A stretch of 63,968 bases of DNA, the filler included, from Candidatus Omnitrophota bacterium (GTDB taxonomy: Bacteria; Omnitrophota; Gorgyraeia; Zapsychrales; Zapsychraceae): the NCBI GenBank assembly GCA_015233495.1. It is 3 parts of 3 records of this genome, joined end to end, with 100 filler letters (N's around TTAATTAATTAA, not from the genome) between each part and the next. Parts side by side here need not be neighbours in the genome. Positions count along the whole stretch, not along the records: positions 22,031 to 43,844 come from JADFXQ010000030.1; 2 more parts are not named here. One strand, given 5' to 3'. The position numbers and the translations under genes are program-made. The notes beneath the pieces were generated by a model that saw only the letters and a program-made list of their open reading frames with translations, was not told the origin of the DNA and searched no databases. This document shows positions 28,106 through 38,029 of this stretch, piece by piece. The stretch's first letter is position 1. Every line of letters begins with the position of its first letter.

Positions 28106-28642
28106 ATGAAACCACTGGATTTAGTCGCGGATAAAAATACGGATCCGGAGTTGCAAAAATTTTTCGATAAATTAAAAAAAAATATCGGAAGGGTGCCGAA
28201 TTTTTACTCGGTTTGCGCCAATTCGCCGGCCGCTTTAAAGGGATTGCTGGCTTTTCGGGAGCAATTGGAACAAGGCGAACTTTCGCTTAAGGAAGCGCAC
28301 GCGATCGCCTTGGTGGTCGGTCAGAAAAACGAATGCGATTATTGTTTGCGCGCGCATACCATGATGGGTAAACGGGCCGGCTCCACGGAGCAAGACACGC
28401 TGGATTACCGGAAAGGGAAGGCCGCGGATCCTAAAATGAACGCCTTGCTGCGTTTAACCGCGGAAATGGCGGCGAATAAGGGTTCGGCCGCGCCGGCAAC
28501 CATTGAGGCGTTTTTTTCCGCCGGATATAGCAAAGCGGCTTTGGTGGAAGTCGCCGGCATGATCGCGTTGAATGTATTTACGAATTACGTAAACCATATC
28601 GCGCATACGGAAGCCGATTTTCCGGAAGTTAAAAAAGTGTAA
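28106..28642 (+). CDS. AhpD/carboxymuconolactone decarboxylase-family peroxidase
   Basis: VPNF, NECDYCLRAH, FTNYVNH...DFP. Confidence 0.88.
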   Translation: MKPLDLVADKNTDPELQKFFDKLKKNIGRVPNFYSVCANSPAALKGLLAFREQLEQGELSLKEAHAIALVVGQKNECDYCLRAHTMMGKRAGSTEQDTLDYRKGKAADPKMNALLRLTAEMAANKGSAAPATIEAFFSAGYSKAALVEVAGMIALNVFTNYVNHIAHTEADFPEVKKV

Positions 28643-28753
28643 CAAAAATTGGTGTCAGATCTCAATATCCATCTGGGATTAAAAAGAGTTATGGCTGATT
28701 TTAAGCCGCGCCATTTTTTTCGTCGAGGAATTTCAGGCGCAGTAATCATTATG

Positions 28754-28853
28754 GGACTGTTGCGCAATGCCTCGGAAAGGCTAGTCGATAAAAATCTCCG
28801 GATTGCCCGGTCAAGCCGGGCAATGACATTTCGGAAGAATTTTGCAATAGTTC
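28754..28853. mobile_element. MITE-like element with imperfect terminal inverted repeats and an internal hairpin
   Basis: GGACTGTTGCGCAAT... / ...ATTTTGCAATAGTTC (19/27 match); internal ATTGCCCGG-TCAAG-CCGGGCAAT (28802-28824). Confidence 0.5.
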
Positions 28854-28920
28854 AATTATTCATATTTTGAAACATATATGTCCAATTTGGACAGCAATGA
28901 TTTTGAAAAGGAGGTAACTT

Positions 28921-29448
28921 ATGGCGGATATTCTGCCGGAAAAATGGATGAAGGGGGTGGCGATCACGACTACTGTTTTGGCGGTTGTGGCCTCGATCGC
29001 CGGGTCGCGCTCCGCGTTTTACATTGCCAAGGCCCAGTTGTTGACCGCGCTCGAAGGGAGCAAATGGTCTTATTATCAGGCAAAAAGCGTAAAGGAAAAT
29101 ATCGCGGCTGCCCAGCAAATGGCGTTTCAGGCGAATATTTTGGGCGCTACCACGCCGGAACAAAAAGAATTTTTAACGAAAAATCTCGCGACCTTCCAAA
29201 AAGATGTCGTCCGCTATGAGAAGGAGAAAGCGGCGATTAAAAAAGAGGCGGAAGATACGGGTAAAGACAATGCCGTTGTTGTGCGCAAAGGCAGTCAATT
29301 TTCTTTGGCCGTGGTTTTTTCCCAAATCGGGATTATGCTGTCTTCGGTCGGCGCCCTGCTGAAGCGCAAAGAAATGTGGATCACCGGCATCATCATCGGC
29401 TCGATATCGCTTTTTTTTATAGCGAACGGTTTTTTGCTGTTTTTTTAA
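28921..29448 (+). CDS. DUF4337-like membrane protein
   Basis: VAITTTVLAV, WSYYQAKSVK, QIGIMLSSV; AAGGAGG RBS. Confidence 0.8.
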   Translation: MADILPEKWMKGVAITTTVLAVVASIAGSRSAFYIAKAQLLTALEGSKWSYYQAKSVKENIAAAQQMAFQANILGATTPEQKEFLTKNLATFQKDVVRYEKEKAAIKKEAEDTGKDNAVVVRKGSQFSLAVVFSQIGIMLSSVGALLKRKEMWITGIIIGSISLFFIANGFLLFF

Positions 29449-29831
29449 TCCCAAATCGCCCGGGAATAGTTACGCAGGATCACTCGGTCTTTCGTTAAGA
29501 GAGGGACTTGGGCGAGAGAGGAATTCGCGACAATTAGACGATCAAACGGATCGCGGGTCCAAGAAAGGTTTAAGGATTCCCGGATGACCCATTCGTAAGG
29601 ATCTTTACATATTTCCAAACCCAGCGCGGCTTGCAGGTTTTCGATTATTTCCCAAGGGGTGATTTCAATTTTTTTGGTTTCCGCGATGTATTGCATCTCA
29701 AGGATAACCAATGGCGATATCATTGGTGTCGAAACATTGATTCTTTGAATGACTTTTGCCGGCAATCGATGCAGTTCTTTCATGCCTAACCAGATGGCGG
29801 TATGTGTATCCAGATGCATAATGTCAGTCAT
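29445..29831 (-). CDS. PIN-domain toxin
   Basis: LDTHTAIW, ISPLVILE, WTRDPFDRLIVA, LLTKD. Confidence 0.9.
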   Translation of the reverse strand: MTDIMHLDTHTAIWLGMKELHRLPAKVIQRINVSTPMISPLVILEMQYIAETKKIEITPWEIIENLQAALGLEICKDPYEWVIRESLNLSWTRDPFDRLIVANSSLAQVPLLTKDRVILRNYSRAIWD

Positions 29832-30058
29832 TTAGGCAGGCCTCGCCACTCTTTTGACCAGTCCATGTGAACTAAACTTTCCGGGTCGCAGTTGAATTTT
29901 CCTATTTTTTTGAGGCGGTCAAGTTTATTGATTTCAACGGGCGGTACGATTCTGATCATTTTTCCTCGGCGAGAGACTAGGACGGGTTCGCCGGTTTCAA
30001 TAACCCGGTCCAGAATTCGGTAAATATTACTTCGTAATTGTGAAGGGGTTAAGGTCAT
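29828..30058 (-). CDS. Phd/YefM-family antitoxin
   Basis: LRSNIYRILDRVIETGEPVLVSRRG; ATGA-coupled to the PIN toxin. Confidence 0.88.
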   Translation of the reverse strand: MTLTPSQLRSNIYRILDRVIETGEPVLVSRRGKMIRIVPPVEINKLDRLKKIGKFNCDPESLVHMDWSKEWRGLPK

Positions 30059-30081
30059 GCGATTCTCCTTGTTAATGATAT

Positions 30082-30119
30082 CGTACGTAAATTATTGCAT
30101 GACGTACGCTTTTTGTCAA
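30082..30119 (-). promoter_or_regulatory. TA promoter with two CGTACG operator palindromes
   Basis: TTGACA (30119-30114), 17 bp, AATAAT; CGTACG at 30082 and 30103 flank the -10. Confidence 0.65.
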
Positions 30120-30122
30120 ATT

Positions 30123-32306
30123 TTATGTCTTTGCTGATTGGGTGAGGATATCTTGCGCCAGGGCGGAGCCAATGGCCGGGATTTTGGCGAGTTCGGCTGC
30201 GGATATGTGTTTGAGATCCGTGATTTTTTTGATGCCGGCTGCGAAGAGATTGCGGGCGCGCACCCGGCCGACGCCTTTTAACTGCACTACGTCGAGGAGT
30301 TCTTCTTTGACGCCGTAACGCACGCGGGTCTTCAGATCGTTTAAGTCAAAGGTGCGTTGTTTCATCCGCAACAGTTCCGCGATCGCGCCGGCGGCGTACA
30401 ACAGCCGGTCCGCGGATTCCACGAACCGGTAAATGTCCCCCGGTCCCACTCCGAATTGATCGCAGAGATCTTCTTCCCGCAGTTCTTCCATCCATTGGGA
30501 CAATAAAAACGTTGTCTTTAAAGTCCGCATATAAACATAAAAATCCTGCAGTCGTTCGTTGGTCTCGGAGTGTTGTTCCGGGTTTAAAATCATTTCTTCA
30601 TGATAACGCGCCACAAATTCATCGAGGGCTTCGGTGTCTTTTTTGCCGGTATTTAAGACCGGCATATCCGGACAGCAGGTCAAGGCGTGCAAAAATCCGA
30701 CCGGCGGGAAATAAGATTTTTCAGCAATGAGACGCAAGGTGTTGCGGATGACTAAGCTGGTTACCGGGTCGACGTACAGCCGGCTGGTCAGACTACCGAA
30801 CTGCGTCGCGAAAAACCGCGTCCCGCTTTGTTCAATAAATTTTTCTTCCTGCAAAAAATCAAAAATCCGGGTGATGAGCTGAAACAAAGACCGGCTGGGA
30901 TTTTGATGATAGAGAAACGTATGCGATATGAATTCAAACATGCCTTCGGTGTCATGGACATAGCCGCCGACGATCGAGGCCAGGATGTGGACGCGCAGAG
31001 CAGACTCGTCGTGAAGTTTGGAGATGACCGGCTCCGGGTCAGCCAGGATATAGCGCTCCATCAAAGTCGAGGCCTCGCTTTCGGTTTTGGCCATGATGAC
31101 TGCCTCGCCGTGATCGTCATATTGCGGCCGTCCGGCGCGGCCGGCGCATTGTTTGTATTCGGACACGGGGATATACGCTGAACCCAGTCCGCTTTCAAAG
31201 CGTTTGACGTCGCGGATAATCGCCCGGCGGGCCGGCAGGTTGACGCCCGCGGCCAAGGTTGGCGTGCAGCTAATGACTTTGATGAGATTGGCTTTAAAAT
31301 TTTGTTCCACCAGGTCGCGTTGAAACGGTTTCAGGCCCGCGTGATGAAACGCCGCGCCGCATATCACCGCGTCGGCGAGCTTGCGGCAAAGTTTGGTGCC
31401 GTCCGCTTTGGTGCCCGCGATTTTCTGGGCAATGGACGCTAATTTGGTTTTTTCATCGAAGGTCAAACGGCGCGCCGTGGTTTTACAAATCTCCCGGCCT
31501 ACGGCTTCGGCGGACCGTCGCGCATTGACGAAGACCAACACCTGGCCTTTGCCTTGAAGAGTGTCGTCGACCAAACTGTTCAAATCTTCGCCGTCGTCTT
31601 GCGGGATGAGGCGGGTTCCGTTGTCATGAAAAACAATTTGGTTATTGTAATACACGCCTTCCTTAAGCGGAATCGGCCGCCAGGTGGAGCTCACTAATTC
31701 CGCGTTCAGCCATTTGGCCATGTCCTGGGCGTTGCTCACGGTCGCGCTTAATGCGAGAAATTGAATATTTGGGTTCATTTGCCGGATGCGGGCAGTCAAT
31801 ATTTCCAGAGTCGGGCCGCGCGACCCGTCATTGATAAAATGGATTTCGTCGAGCACCACAACGTTGAGGGAGCTGATCAGCCATTGGGATTTGGACCGCA
31901 GCAGGGAATCGATTTTTTCGGCGGTGGCGACCAAGATATGGTGCCCGCTTAAGGTTTTCCGGTCCGAACGTTCGTCGCCGACCGCCATGCCGATGGAATA
32001 ACCTAAGGATTCATATTGCTGTTTAAAATGCTGATATTTTTCGCTGGCCAAGGCTTTAAGCGGCGCGATGTAAAGACAATGCCCCTGCCCGCCGCTGTCT
32101 GCCAAGGCCTTGAGTATGCACAATTCCGCGATCAAAGTCTTCCCGGAGGCCGTCGGCACAGAGAGCAACAGATTATGGCCGTTCAGCACGCCTTTTTGAA
32201 TCGCTTCCGCCTGGGGAGGGAAAAGTTCTTTAATCCCGGTTTTGGCGAACAGCGCAATAACAGCCGGAGCAAAATAGTTTTCTTCGAGAATGCGGCACAG
32301 GTTCAT
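30123..32306 (-). CDS. Ski2-like SF2 helicase, archaeal Hel308/Hjm type
   Basis: PPQ, PTASGKT, PLKALASEK, DEIH, RGPTLE, LSAT, WRPIPL, FHHAGL, TPTLAAGVNLPA, QxAGRAGRP, C-terminal GVGRVRAR HhH. Confidence 0.9.
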   Translation of the reverse strand: MNLCRILEENYFAPAVIALFAKTGIKELFPPQAEAIQKGVLNGHNLLLSVPTASGKTLIAELCILKALADSGGQGHCLYIAPLKALASEKYQHFKQQYESLGYSIGMAVGDERSDRKTLSGHHILVATAEKIDSLLRSKSQWLISSLNVVVLDEIHFINDGSRGPTLEILTARIRQMNPNIQFLALSATVSNAQDMAKWLNAELVSSTWRPIPLKEGVYYNNQIVFHDNGTRLIPQDDGEDLNSLVDDTLQGKGQVLVFVNARRSAEAVGREICKTTARRLTFDEKTKLASIAQKIAGTKADGTKLCRKLADAVICGAAFHHAGLKPFQRDLVEQNFKANLIKVISCTPTLAAGVNLPARRAIIRDVKRFESGLGSAYIPVSEYKQCAGRAGRPQYDDHGEAVIMAKTESEASTLMERYILADPEPVISKLHDESALRVHILASIVGGYVHDTEGMFEFISHTFLYHQNPSRSLFQLITRIFDFLQEEKFIEQSGTRFFATQFGSLTSRLYVDPVTSLVIRNTLRLIAEKSYFPPVGFLHALTCCPDMPVLNTGKKDTEALDEFVARYHEEMILNPEQHSETNERLQDFYVYMRTLKTTFLLSQWMEELREEDLCDQFGVGPGDIYRFVESADRLLYAAGAIAELLRMKQRTFDLNDLKTRVRYGVKEELLDVVQLKGVGRVRARNLFAAGIKKITDLKHISAAELAKIPAIGSALAQDILTQSAKT

Positions 32307-32533
32307 AGGCCAACGTTGTAGCATAAACTGCGGCGGAAGGCAAGGAAAGCCGGAAAAGGGATCTTCAAAACAGCTTGCTGCTATGAATCAGCGCAATTAT
32401 AATAACAAACAAATAATCTATTTTGTTTGTTTAAAATATCGCGTGCATCCCGGCGCAAAATACTTTTTCAGACCGCTTTGATGATTGGAAAATATTCAAA
32501 GCTGCGGGCGACTTATTTGGATTGGCGGCAGGA

Positions 32534-33004
32534 ATGAAAATTGTTATTCAACGAGTGATACAAGCGCAGGTTTCCGTAGGGAGCCGGATTGTTGGGAAGA
32601 TCGGGCCAGGGGCTTTGATTTTTTTGGGCGTGGGCAAGGGCGACACGGAAAAAGACGCGGATTTTTTGGCGGATAAGGTTGTGGAATTGCGGATGTTTGC
32701 CGATGCCGAAGGTAAAATGAATGTCTCCGGCCGGGACGCGGGCGCGGTGTTTTTGGTGGTGTCGCAGTTTACGCTTTATGGCAATTGTGATAAAGGCCGG
32801 CGGCCGTCGTTTGATGACGCTGCGTCACCGGTGGAAGCGGAAAAGCTTTATGAATATTTTGTGGAACGTCTGCGCCGGAAAGGCGTAAAGACGGAAACCG
32901 GCGAGTTTCGGGCAATGATGGAAGTCTCGCTGATAAACGACGGACCGGTGACGTTTATTTTGGAAAGTTTAGGGGCTCCCCAACAAAAATATGTTTCTCA
33001 TTGA
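32534..33004 (+). CDS. dtd: D-aminoacyl-tRNA deacylase
   Basis: MKIVIQRV, SQFTL, KGRRPSF, NDGPVT. Confidence 0.96.
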   Translation: MKIVIQRVIQAQVSVGSRIVGKIGPGALIFLGVGKGDTEKDADFLADKVVELRMFADAEGKMNVSGRDAGAVFLVVSQFTLYGNCDKGRRPSFDDAASPVEAEKLYEYFVERLRRKGVKTETGEFRAMMEVSLINDGPVTFILESLGAPQQKYVSH

Positions 33005-33761
33005 CACGCATACTCATCTCGACCAATTCCCTGAACTTGACGCTGTCCTGGCCCGCGCCGACGCTGCGGGGGTAATTTCGATTTTAACTTTGGCTGTTGA
33101 TTTGGCGACTTGCCGCCGGAATTTGGAAATCGCGGCAGTCTGTCAAAGGCCGCGGATTTATCTGGGATTGGGGATTCATCCCGGCGAAGCGCGCATCGAT
33201 GAGCTGGCGCCTTGTCTGGATTTGATGCGGGAGAATGCCGCGAAGATTGCTTTGGTGGGTGAGATTGGTCTGGATTTTACCTATCCCTGGGCCCGGAAAG
33301 ATGAGCAAAAAAAAGCTGAACAGCGTCAGGTTTATAAGGCTATGCTGGCCTTCGCCGTTGAACATGATTTGCCGGTTTCGATTCACGCCCGCGGAAAATG
33401 GAAAGAATGTTTTGAAACCGCGGCGGAAATGGGGGTGAAACGAGCGGTATTTCACTGGTACAGCGGGCCGAACGATGTTCTGGAAAAAATTTTAGAACGC
33501 GGTTTTTTTGTTTCGTTTACGCCGAGTTTGGCGTATAGTGCCGATACTCAGCGGGTCGCTTTGGCAACGCCGATCGAACAATCCCTCGTTGAAACGGATT
33601 GTCCGGTGCGTTATCGCGACCGGGAAACCGGTGACAACTTGACTTCGGAACCGAAAGATGTCTTTCGTTCGTTTGAACTTTTTTGTGAATTAAAAAATTT
33701 GGATCTCCAATCCACGGCGGAAGTGTTAAATAAAAATGCCTTATGGTTTGTGAGTAAATAG
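32991..33761 (+). CDS. tatD: TatD-family hydrolase
   Basis: DTHTH, GIHP, VGEIGLD, FHWYSG, ETDCP. Confidence 0.92.
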   Translation: MFLIDTHTHLDQFPELDAVLARADAAGVISILTLAVDLATCRRNLEIAAVCQRPRIYLGLGIHPGEARIDELAPCLDLMRENAAKIALVGEIGLDFTYPWARKDEQKKAEQRQVYKAMLAFAVEHDLPVSIHARGKWKECFETAAEMGVKRAVFHWYSGPNDVLEKILERGFFVSFTPSLAYSADTQRVALATPIEQSLVETDCPVRYRDRETGDNLTSEPKDVFRSFELFCELKNLDLQSTAEVLNKNALWFVSK

Positions 33762-33763
33762 AT

Positions 33764-35770
33764 ATGAAAAAATTTTTAATTATCTTTTTATCAGTTATTC
33801 TTTGTGTTTTAGCGGCTTATGGGTATTTTTATATCCCCAAAGTGAAAGCGGCGGAGGTTTTGCCTCAGGGCATTTTGTTTTATGCCCAAGCGGGAGATGT
33901 TTTCGGGCAGGCGCGGCAATTTCTACGGACAAAATTTGGTCAGGCTTTGCGGCAAGTGAATCTGGAACGGGTTTTATTTAAATCCTCGGAGGGCAAGGAC
34001 CATTTTGCCCAAACGTGGGAACAAATATTTTCCGAGAAAAATATTCGTCTATCGGAAATTTTGTTCGGCCGGGAGGTGACAATCGCGGGGTACGGCCCGG
34101 AACTTTCTCCGGAACAGACGCGCGCTTTGTTCAGCGCGGATAACTCCGCGGTGTTGAATGCCTGGTTTGATAAAATTTTGATTGTGACCCGTTTGCGTCC
34201 GGAAACGCAAGCCGCGGAAAAATTCGGAAGGATACTGGACGCTTTTCGCGGGACATTTTCGCTGGCCACGGAATCCTACGGCTCCTATGCCGTACGCACG
34301 GCAAAAAACGAGCAGAACGGTTTTAGTTTTGCCTTTTGCCGGGTCAAGGATATTTTGATTATCGCCTTGCGGCCGGAAAGCATCAAAAAGTGTTTGGAGG
34401 TTTATTCCGGGCAGGAAAACGCCTTAGCGCAAAACAGCGGGTTTAAAGAAGCGCAAGCGCAAAGTTTAGAGGGGGCGCGGGATTTTGTCTTTTTTAACGC
34501 GCCGGAAATGGCCCGTTTATTCCCGGTTAAAAATGCTGATCCCCTGACTGCTGAAATTGGCCGGCAGGCCGGGGCTTTTAGGTTTTTGACGTTTTCTACC
34601 CGGTGGCGAGGCCGGATGGAAGCGCGTTTTTTATTAGCTTATGATCCGAATCGGTTACCACCGGATATGAAAACGTTTTACGCTTGCTCCGACGGGGAAA
34701 ACCCGTCGCCGGGCTTTATTCCTGCGGAGGTTTTGTTTTATGGTTTTAGCCGTTGTTTAGATGGTCCGGGGTTGTGGCGGCAGTTTGAAAAGAGCGCGGC
34801 CAGTTCGGTTAAAGGCTCCCAGGAAGTGAATATTGGGAAAAATTGGGGGATGAGCCTAAAAGAAGACATTTTACCGGTGTTTGGGCCGGAATGCGGCGTT
34901 TATCTAACGGATTTTCAATCCGGTCAACCTTTGCCATCGGTAAACACGGTGGTATTCGTTCAAGTCAAGGATCACGTAAAAGCGGATAAGTTGTTACGCA
35001 AATTGACGGATATGCCTATATTCGCAACGCAGGAACAGGAGGCTGGCGGCGTGACCCTGAGGGTTATGCGTCTGCCGATACCGGGGAAATGGAGTCCGGC
35101 TTATGCGTTTCTCGGAGATTATTTAGTGTTTAGCGCGATGCGCGAAGATTTGGAAAACGCGGTTAGGGTTTTCCATAAAACGCGGACGGGTCTCAGCGCG
35201 GATAAAACGTTTCGGGCGGTGAATCCGCAGCGGGATTTGCCGTTGACTGGCAGTCAATTTATCAACATGAAGGAAGCAGCGCGCAAAACCCGGGCGTTTT
35301 TGCCTTGGGTAGAAACTTTTTGGGAAGATCAGGACAAACAACGTCAGAAGATGCTTCAACAGGCCCAGGCGGCTATGGAAGAGCAAAAAGTCAAAATTAA
35401 TGATCAGGAAGCAGAACTAAAACAACTTCAGGATAAATTGGCTGGTTTGCCCGCGGAAATCAGCGCCAGGCAAGCCAAAGGAGAGGATGCGGCGGTTTTA
35501 CGCGTAGAGCAGAATGATTTAGGCGTGAAAATCGAGGCAATTCAAAAAGATGTGGCTATTTTGCGCGCGGTCTTAAAGGAGTACACAGCGCAAATCAATG
35601 TTTCTGCAAAGCGGACCATGACGCCGGAATTTCGGCGAGCCGTTTTGCGAGATTGCGTTAATCCGTTATTAAACGCGTTGGAGTTTGTCAAAGGTTATGC
35701 CGCAGTGACGCGTTCTGATCCGGAGGCGGGGATCTTCATGACAAATTTCTTTTTCGAATTAGAGAAATAG
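33764..35770 (+). CDS. Exported hypothetical protein (DUF3352-like) with coiled-coil insertion
   Basis: N-terminal anchor, 668-aa ORF, heptad-rich segment near the C-terminus. Confidence 0.6.
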   Translation: MKKFLIIFLSVILCVLAAYGYFYIPKVKAAEVLPQGILFYAQAGDVFGQARQFLRTKFGQALRQVNLERVLFKSSEGKDHFAQTWEQIFSEKNIRLSEILFGREVTIAGYGPELSPEQTRALFSADNSAVLNAWFDKILIVTRLRPETQAAEKFGRILDAFRGTFSLATESYGSYAVRTAKNEQNGFSFAFCRVKDILIIALRPESIKKCLEVYSGQENALAQNSGFKEAQAQSLEGARDFVFFNAPEMARLFPVKNADPLTAEIGRQAGAFRFLTFSTRWRGRMEARFLLAYDPNRLPPDMKTFYACSDGENPSPGFIPAEVLFYGFSRCLDGPGLWRQFEKSAASSVKGSQEVNIGKNWGMSLKEDILPVFGPECGVYLTDFQSGQPLPSVNTVVFVQVKDHVKADKLLRKLTDMPIFATQEQEAGGVTLRVMRLPIPGKWSPAYAFLGDYLVFSAMREDLENAVRVFHKTRTGLSADKTFRAVNPQRDLPLTGSQFINMKEAARKTRAFLPWVETFWEDQDKQRQKMLQQAQAAMEEQKVKINDQEAELKQLQDKLAGLPAEISARQAKGEDAAVLRVEQNDLGVKIEAIQKDVAILRAVLKEYTAQINVSAKRTMTPEFRRAVLRDCVNPLLNALEFVKGYAAVTRSDPEAGIFMTNFFFELEK

Positions 35771-35863
35771 ACACGCAGCCCGAGATCATATACAATAAAC
35801 GAAAAAAAACCTCCTTGCTTCCGGGAAGCGCCAAGGTCGCTCGTCCGGTCAGAATGGAGAAAA

Positions 35864-36742
35864 ATGTTCGAAATTTTAAATAAACAAATTTTATCCGACG
35901 GCGTGAAACGGATTGATATCGCGGCGCCGGACATCGCGCGGAAATTTCGTCCGGGGCAGTTTGTCAGCGTGTGCCCGGAAGAGGGGGATGAACGCGTTCC
36001 GTTATCGATTATTGAGGCGGACAGTTCCCGCGGGATTATCACCCTGATGGTCCGGGAAGTCGGCGCGACTACCGGCAAGTTGGGGTCTTTGCCGATTCAC
36101 GAATCGGTGTTTTCGATTTTGGGGCCTTTGGGCAAACCGGCGGCCATCGCCAAGCTTGGCACCGTGGTCTGCGTTGCTACGGGCATCGGCGCGGCGCAGA
36201 TTTTGCCGATTTGCCGGGCCTTACGCGACGCCGGGAATAAGGTGATCGGCGTGCTGGGCGCTTCGACTAAGAAAGGCGTTTTGGTCGAGCATCAGATGCG
36301 GATTGCCTGCAATAAGCTGTTCATCGCGACTGAAGACGGTTCTTTTGAGTATCGGGGGAAGGCCACGGATATCTTGGCCCGGCTGTTGAAAGAACAGCCG
36401 GTGCATATGGTTTACGCCATCGGTTGTCCCACCCTGATGCGCTCAGTGGCAGATATGACAAAGGAACGGAACATCCCTTTGCGGGTGCAGTTGAAACCGG
36501 TCATGGTCGATTGTGTCGGGATGTGCGGCGCCTGCCGGGTGCGCGTCGTTGATAGGATGGTTTTGGCTTGTGTCGAAGGCCCGGATTTCGACGGATATCA
36601 GGTGGATCTGGAGGATTATCAATCTCGCAGTGAAACATTAAAGGAAGCGAACGAATGTCCCAACCCGCGGTCACAACTCAACCCGAATCCAAACGGGTCC
36701 GGAATTTTAACGAGGTTTCTCTCGGGTTTTCTCGCCGAGTAG
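35864..36742 (+). CDS. NfnA/SudB-like FAD and [2Fe-2S] subunit
   Basis: PGQF, ERVPLSI, GPLG, MVDCVGMCGACRV...ACVEGPDFD. Confidence 0.88.
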   Translation: MFEILNKQILSDGVKRIDIAAPDIARKFRPGQFVSVCPEEGDERVPLSIIEADSSRGIITLMVREVGATTGKLGSLPIHESVFSILGPLGKPAAIAKLGTVVCVATGIGAAQILPICRALRDAGNKVIGVLGASTKKGVLVEHQMRIACNKLFIATEDGSFEYRGKATDILARLLKEQPVHMVYAIGCPTLMRSVADMTKERNIPLRVQLKPVMVDCVGMCGACRVRVVDRMVLACVEGPDFDGYQVDLEDYQSRSETLKEANECPNPRSQLNPNPNGSGILTRFLSGFLAE

Positions 36743-37998
36743 TCCAGGAAGAATCGCAACGCTGTCTGCAGTGTTCCGACCCGGTGTGCGAAACCGGCTG
36801 TCCCTTGGGCGTGAAGATCAAGGAGTTCATCCGTTTTTTACGGGAAGGCCATGCCGCTTTGGCTTACGAGAAAATCCGGGAAGACAATGGTTTTCCGTCG
36901 ATCTGCGGAAGGCTTTGTCACGCGCCTTGTGAATCGCGCTGTATTTTAATCAAAGAAAAAGCGCCGATCGCTATCCGGGCGCTGGAACGCTATGCGGCGG
37001 ATTTTGGAAAATCCCGGGTTGCTCGTCCGGCGATGACTGGGAAAATGGCTGTGAAGGCGGCCGTGATTGGGGCTGGTCCGGCGGGATTGAGCGCCGCGTA
37101 TGCTTTGGCGAAACAAGGAATGGCCGCCACAGTATTCGACGCGGGCGACCGGCCCGGCGGGGTGCTGCGTTACGGTGTTCCGGATTTTCGTCTGCCCCGC
37201 AAGGTCTTGGACGGCGACATCGCTGAAATATTAGCCGCCGGGGTGGAACTCAAAATGAATTGCTTAGTCGGCCGCACGGTTTCGGTGGAGGATTTATTGA
37301 AATCCAAATTCTCCGCTGTTTTGTTTGCCACGGGCGCTGGTGTCCCGAAATTTATGGATGTGAAAGGCGCGAACATTCCCGGCGTGTATTACGGCGAAGA
37401 ATTTTTATTCCGCGCGAATTTAACCAAGACGAATATTTTTAACCGCCACGTTCCGACTTTTCCTTTAGGCAAGAAAATCGCGGTGATCGGATCGGGAAAC
37501 ACGGCATTGGACTGCGCCCGGGCCGCGATCCGGTTTGGCCTGGAAGTTCATTTGATTTTCCGCCGTTCGGAAGAGGAGATGCGTGTCCGCACTGCCGAAC
37601 GCGTGTACGGTAAAGAAGAAGGCGTGAAAATGCAGGCTTTGACGCGGCCGGTGGAAATTATTCCGGGGAAAAACGGTTTGGTGAGCGGGATAAAATGCGT
37701 GCGGGTCAATAATATCGGAGATAAAATGATTGTCCTGCCAAAATCCGAGTGGACTTTGGCGGTGGACAATGTCGTAATCGCGGTCGGACACCAGCCTAAC
37801 AGTCACGCCGCGCAAAGTTGTCCGGCGATTAAAATCAATCCGGACGGATCCATTTGGGTAGATGCCGCGACCGGCATGACCACTATGAAAGGCGTGTTTG
37901 CCTGCGGCAATGCCGTGACCAACGCCGGGCCGGTAGCGCAGGCTATCGCGGCCGGAAAGACCGCGGCGGAAAACATTTTATCTGCTTTGCAATTGTAA
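36655..37998 (+). CDS. NfnB/GltD-like NAD(P)-dependent oxidoreductase
   Basis: RCLQC..P.C..GCP, ICGRLC, IGAGPAG, GGVLRYG, IGSGNTALDCAR. Confidence 0.88.
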   Translation: MSQPAVTTQPESKRVRNFNEVSLGFSRRVVQEESQRCLQCSDPVCETGCPLGVKIKEFIRFLREGHAALAYEKIREDNGFPSICGRLCHAPCESRCILIKEKAPIAIRALERYAADFGKSRVARPAMTGKMAVKAAVIGAGPAGLSAAYALAKQGMAATVFDAGDRPGGVLRYGVPDFRLPRKVLDGDIAEILAAGVELKMNCLVGRTVSVEDLLKSKFSAVLFATGAGVPKFMDVKGANIPGVYYGEEFLFRANLTKTNIFNRHVPTFPLGKKIAVIGSGNTALDCARAAIRFGLEVHLIFRRSEEEMRVRTAERVYGKEEGVKMQALTRPVEIIPGKNGLVSGIKCVRVNNIGDKMIVLPKSEWTLAVDNVVIAVGHQPNSHAAQSCPAIKINPDGSIWVDAATGMTTMKGVFACGNAVTNAGPVAQAIAAGKTAAENILSALQL

Positions 37999-38029
37999 AA
38001 TTGGTTATCGATGTGTAAATCGCAAAGCG

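Noticed and set aside
36496..36590. Extra Cys in the NfnA cluster motif (DCVGMCGAC)
   Set aside because: All expected ligands are present; a single substitution is not enough to claim altered chemistry.
37803..38029. C-terminal part of the 276-aa ORF overlapping nfnB
   Set aside because: Read-through into antisense nfnB after truncation; not desaturase-like.
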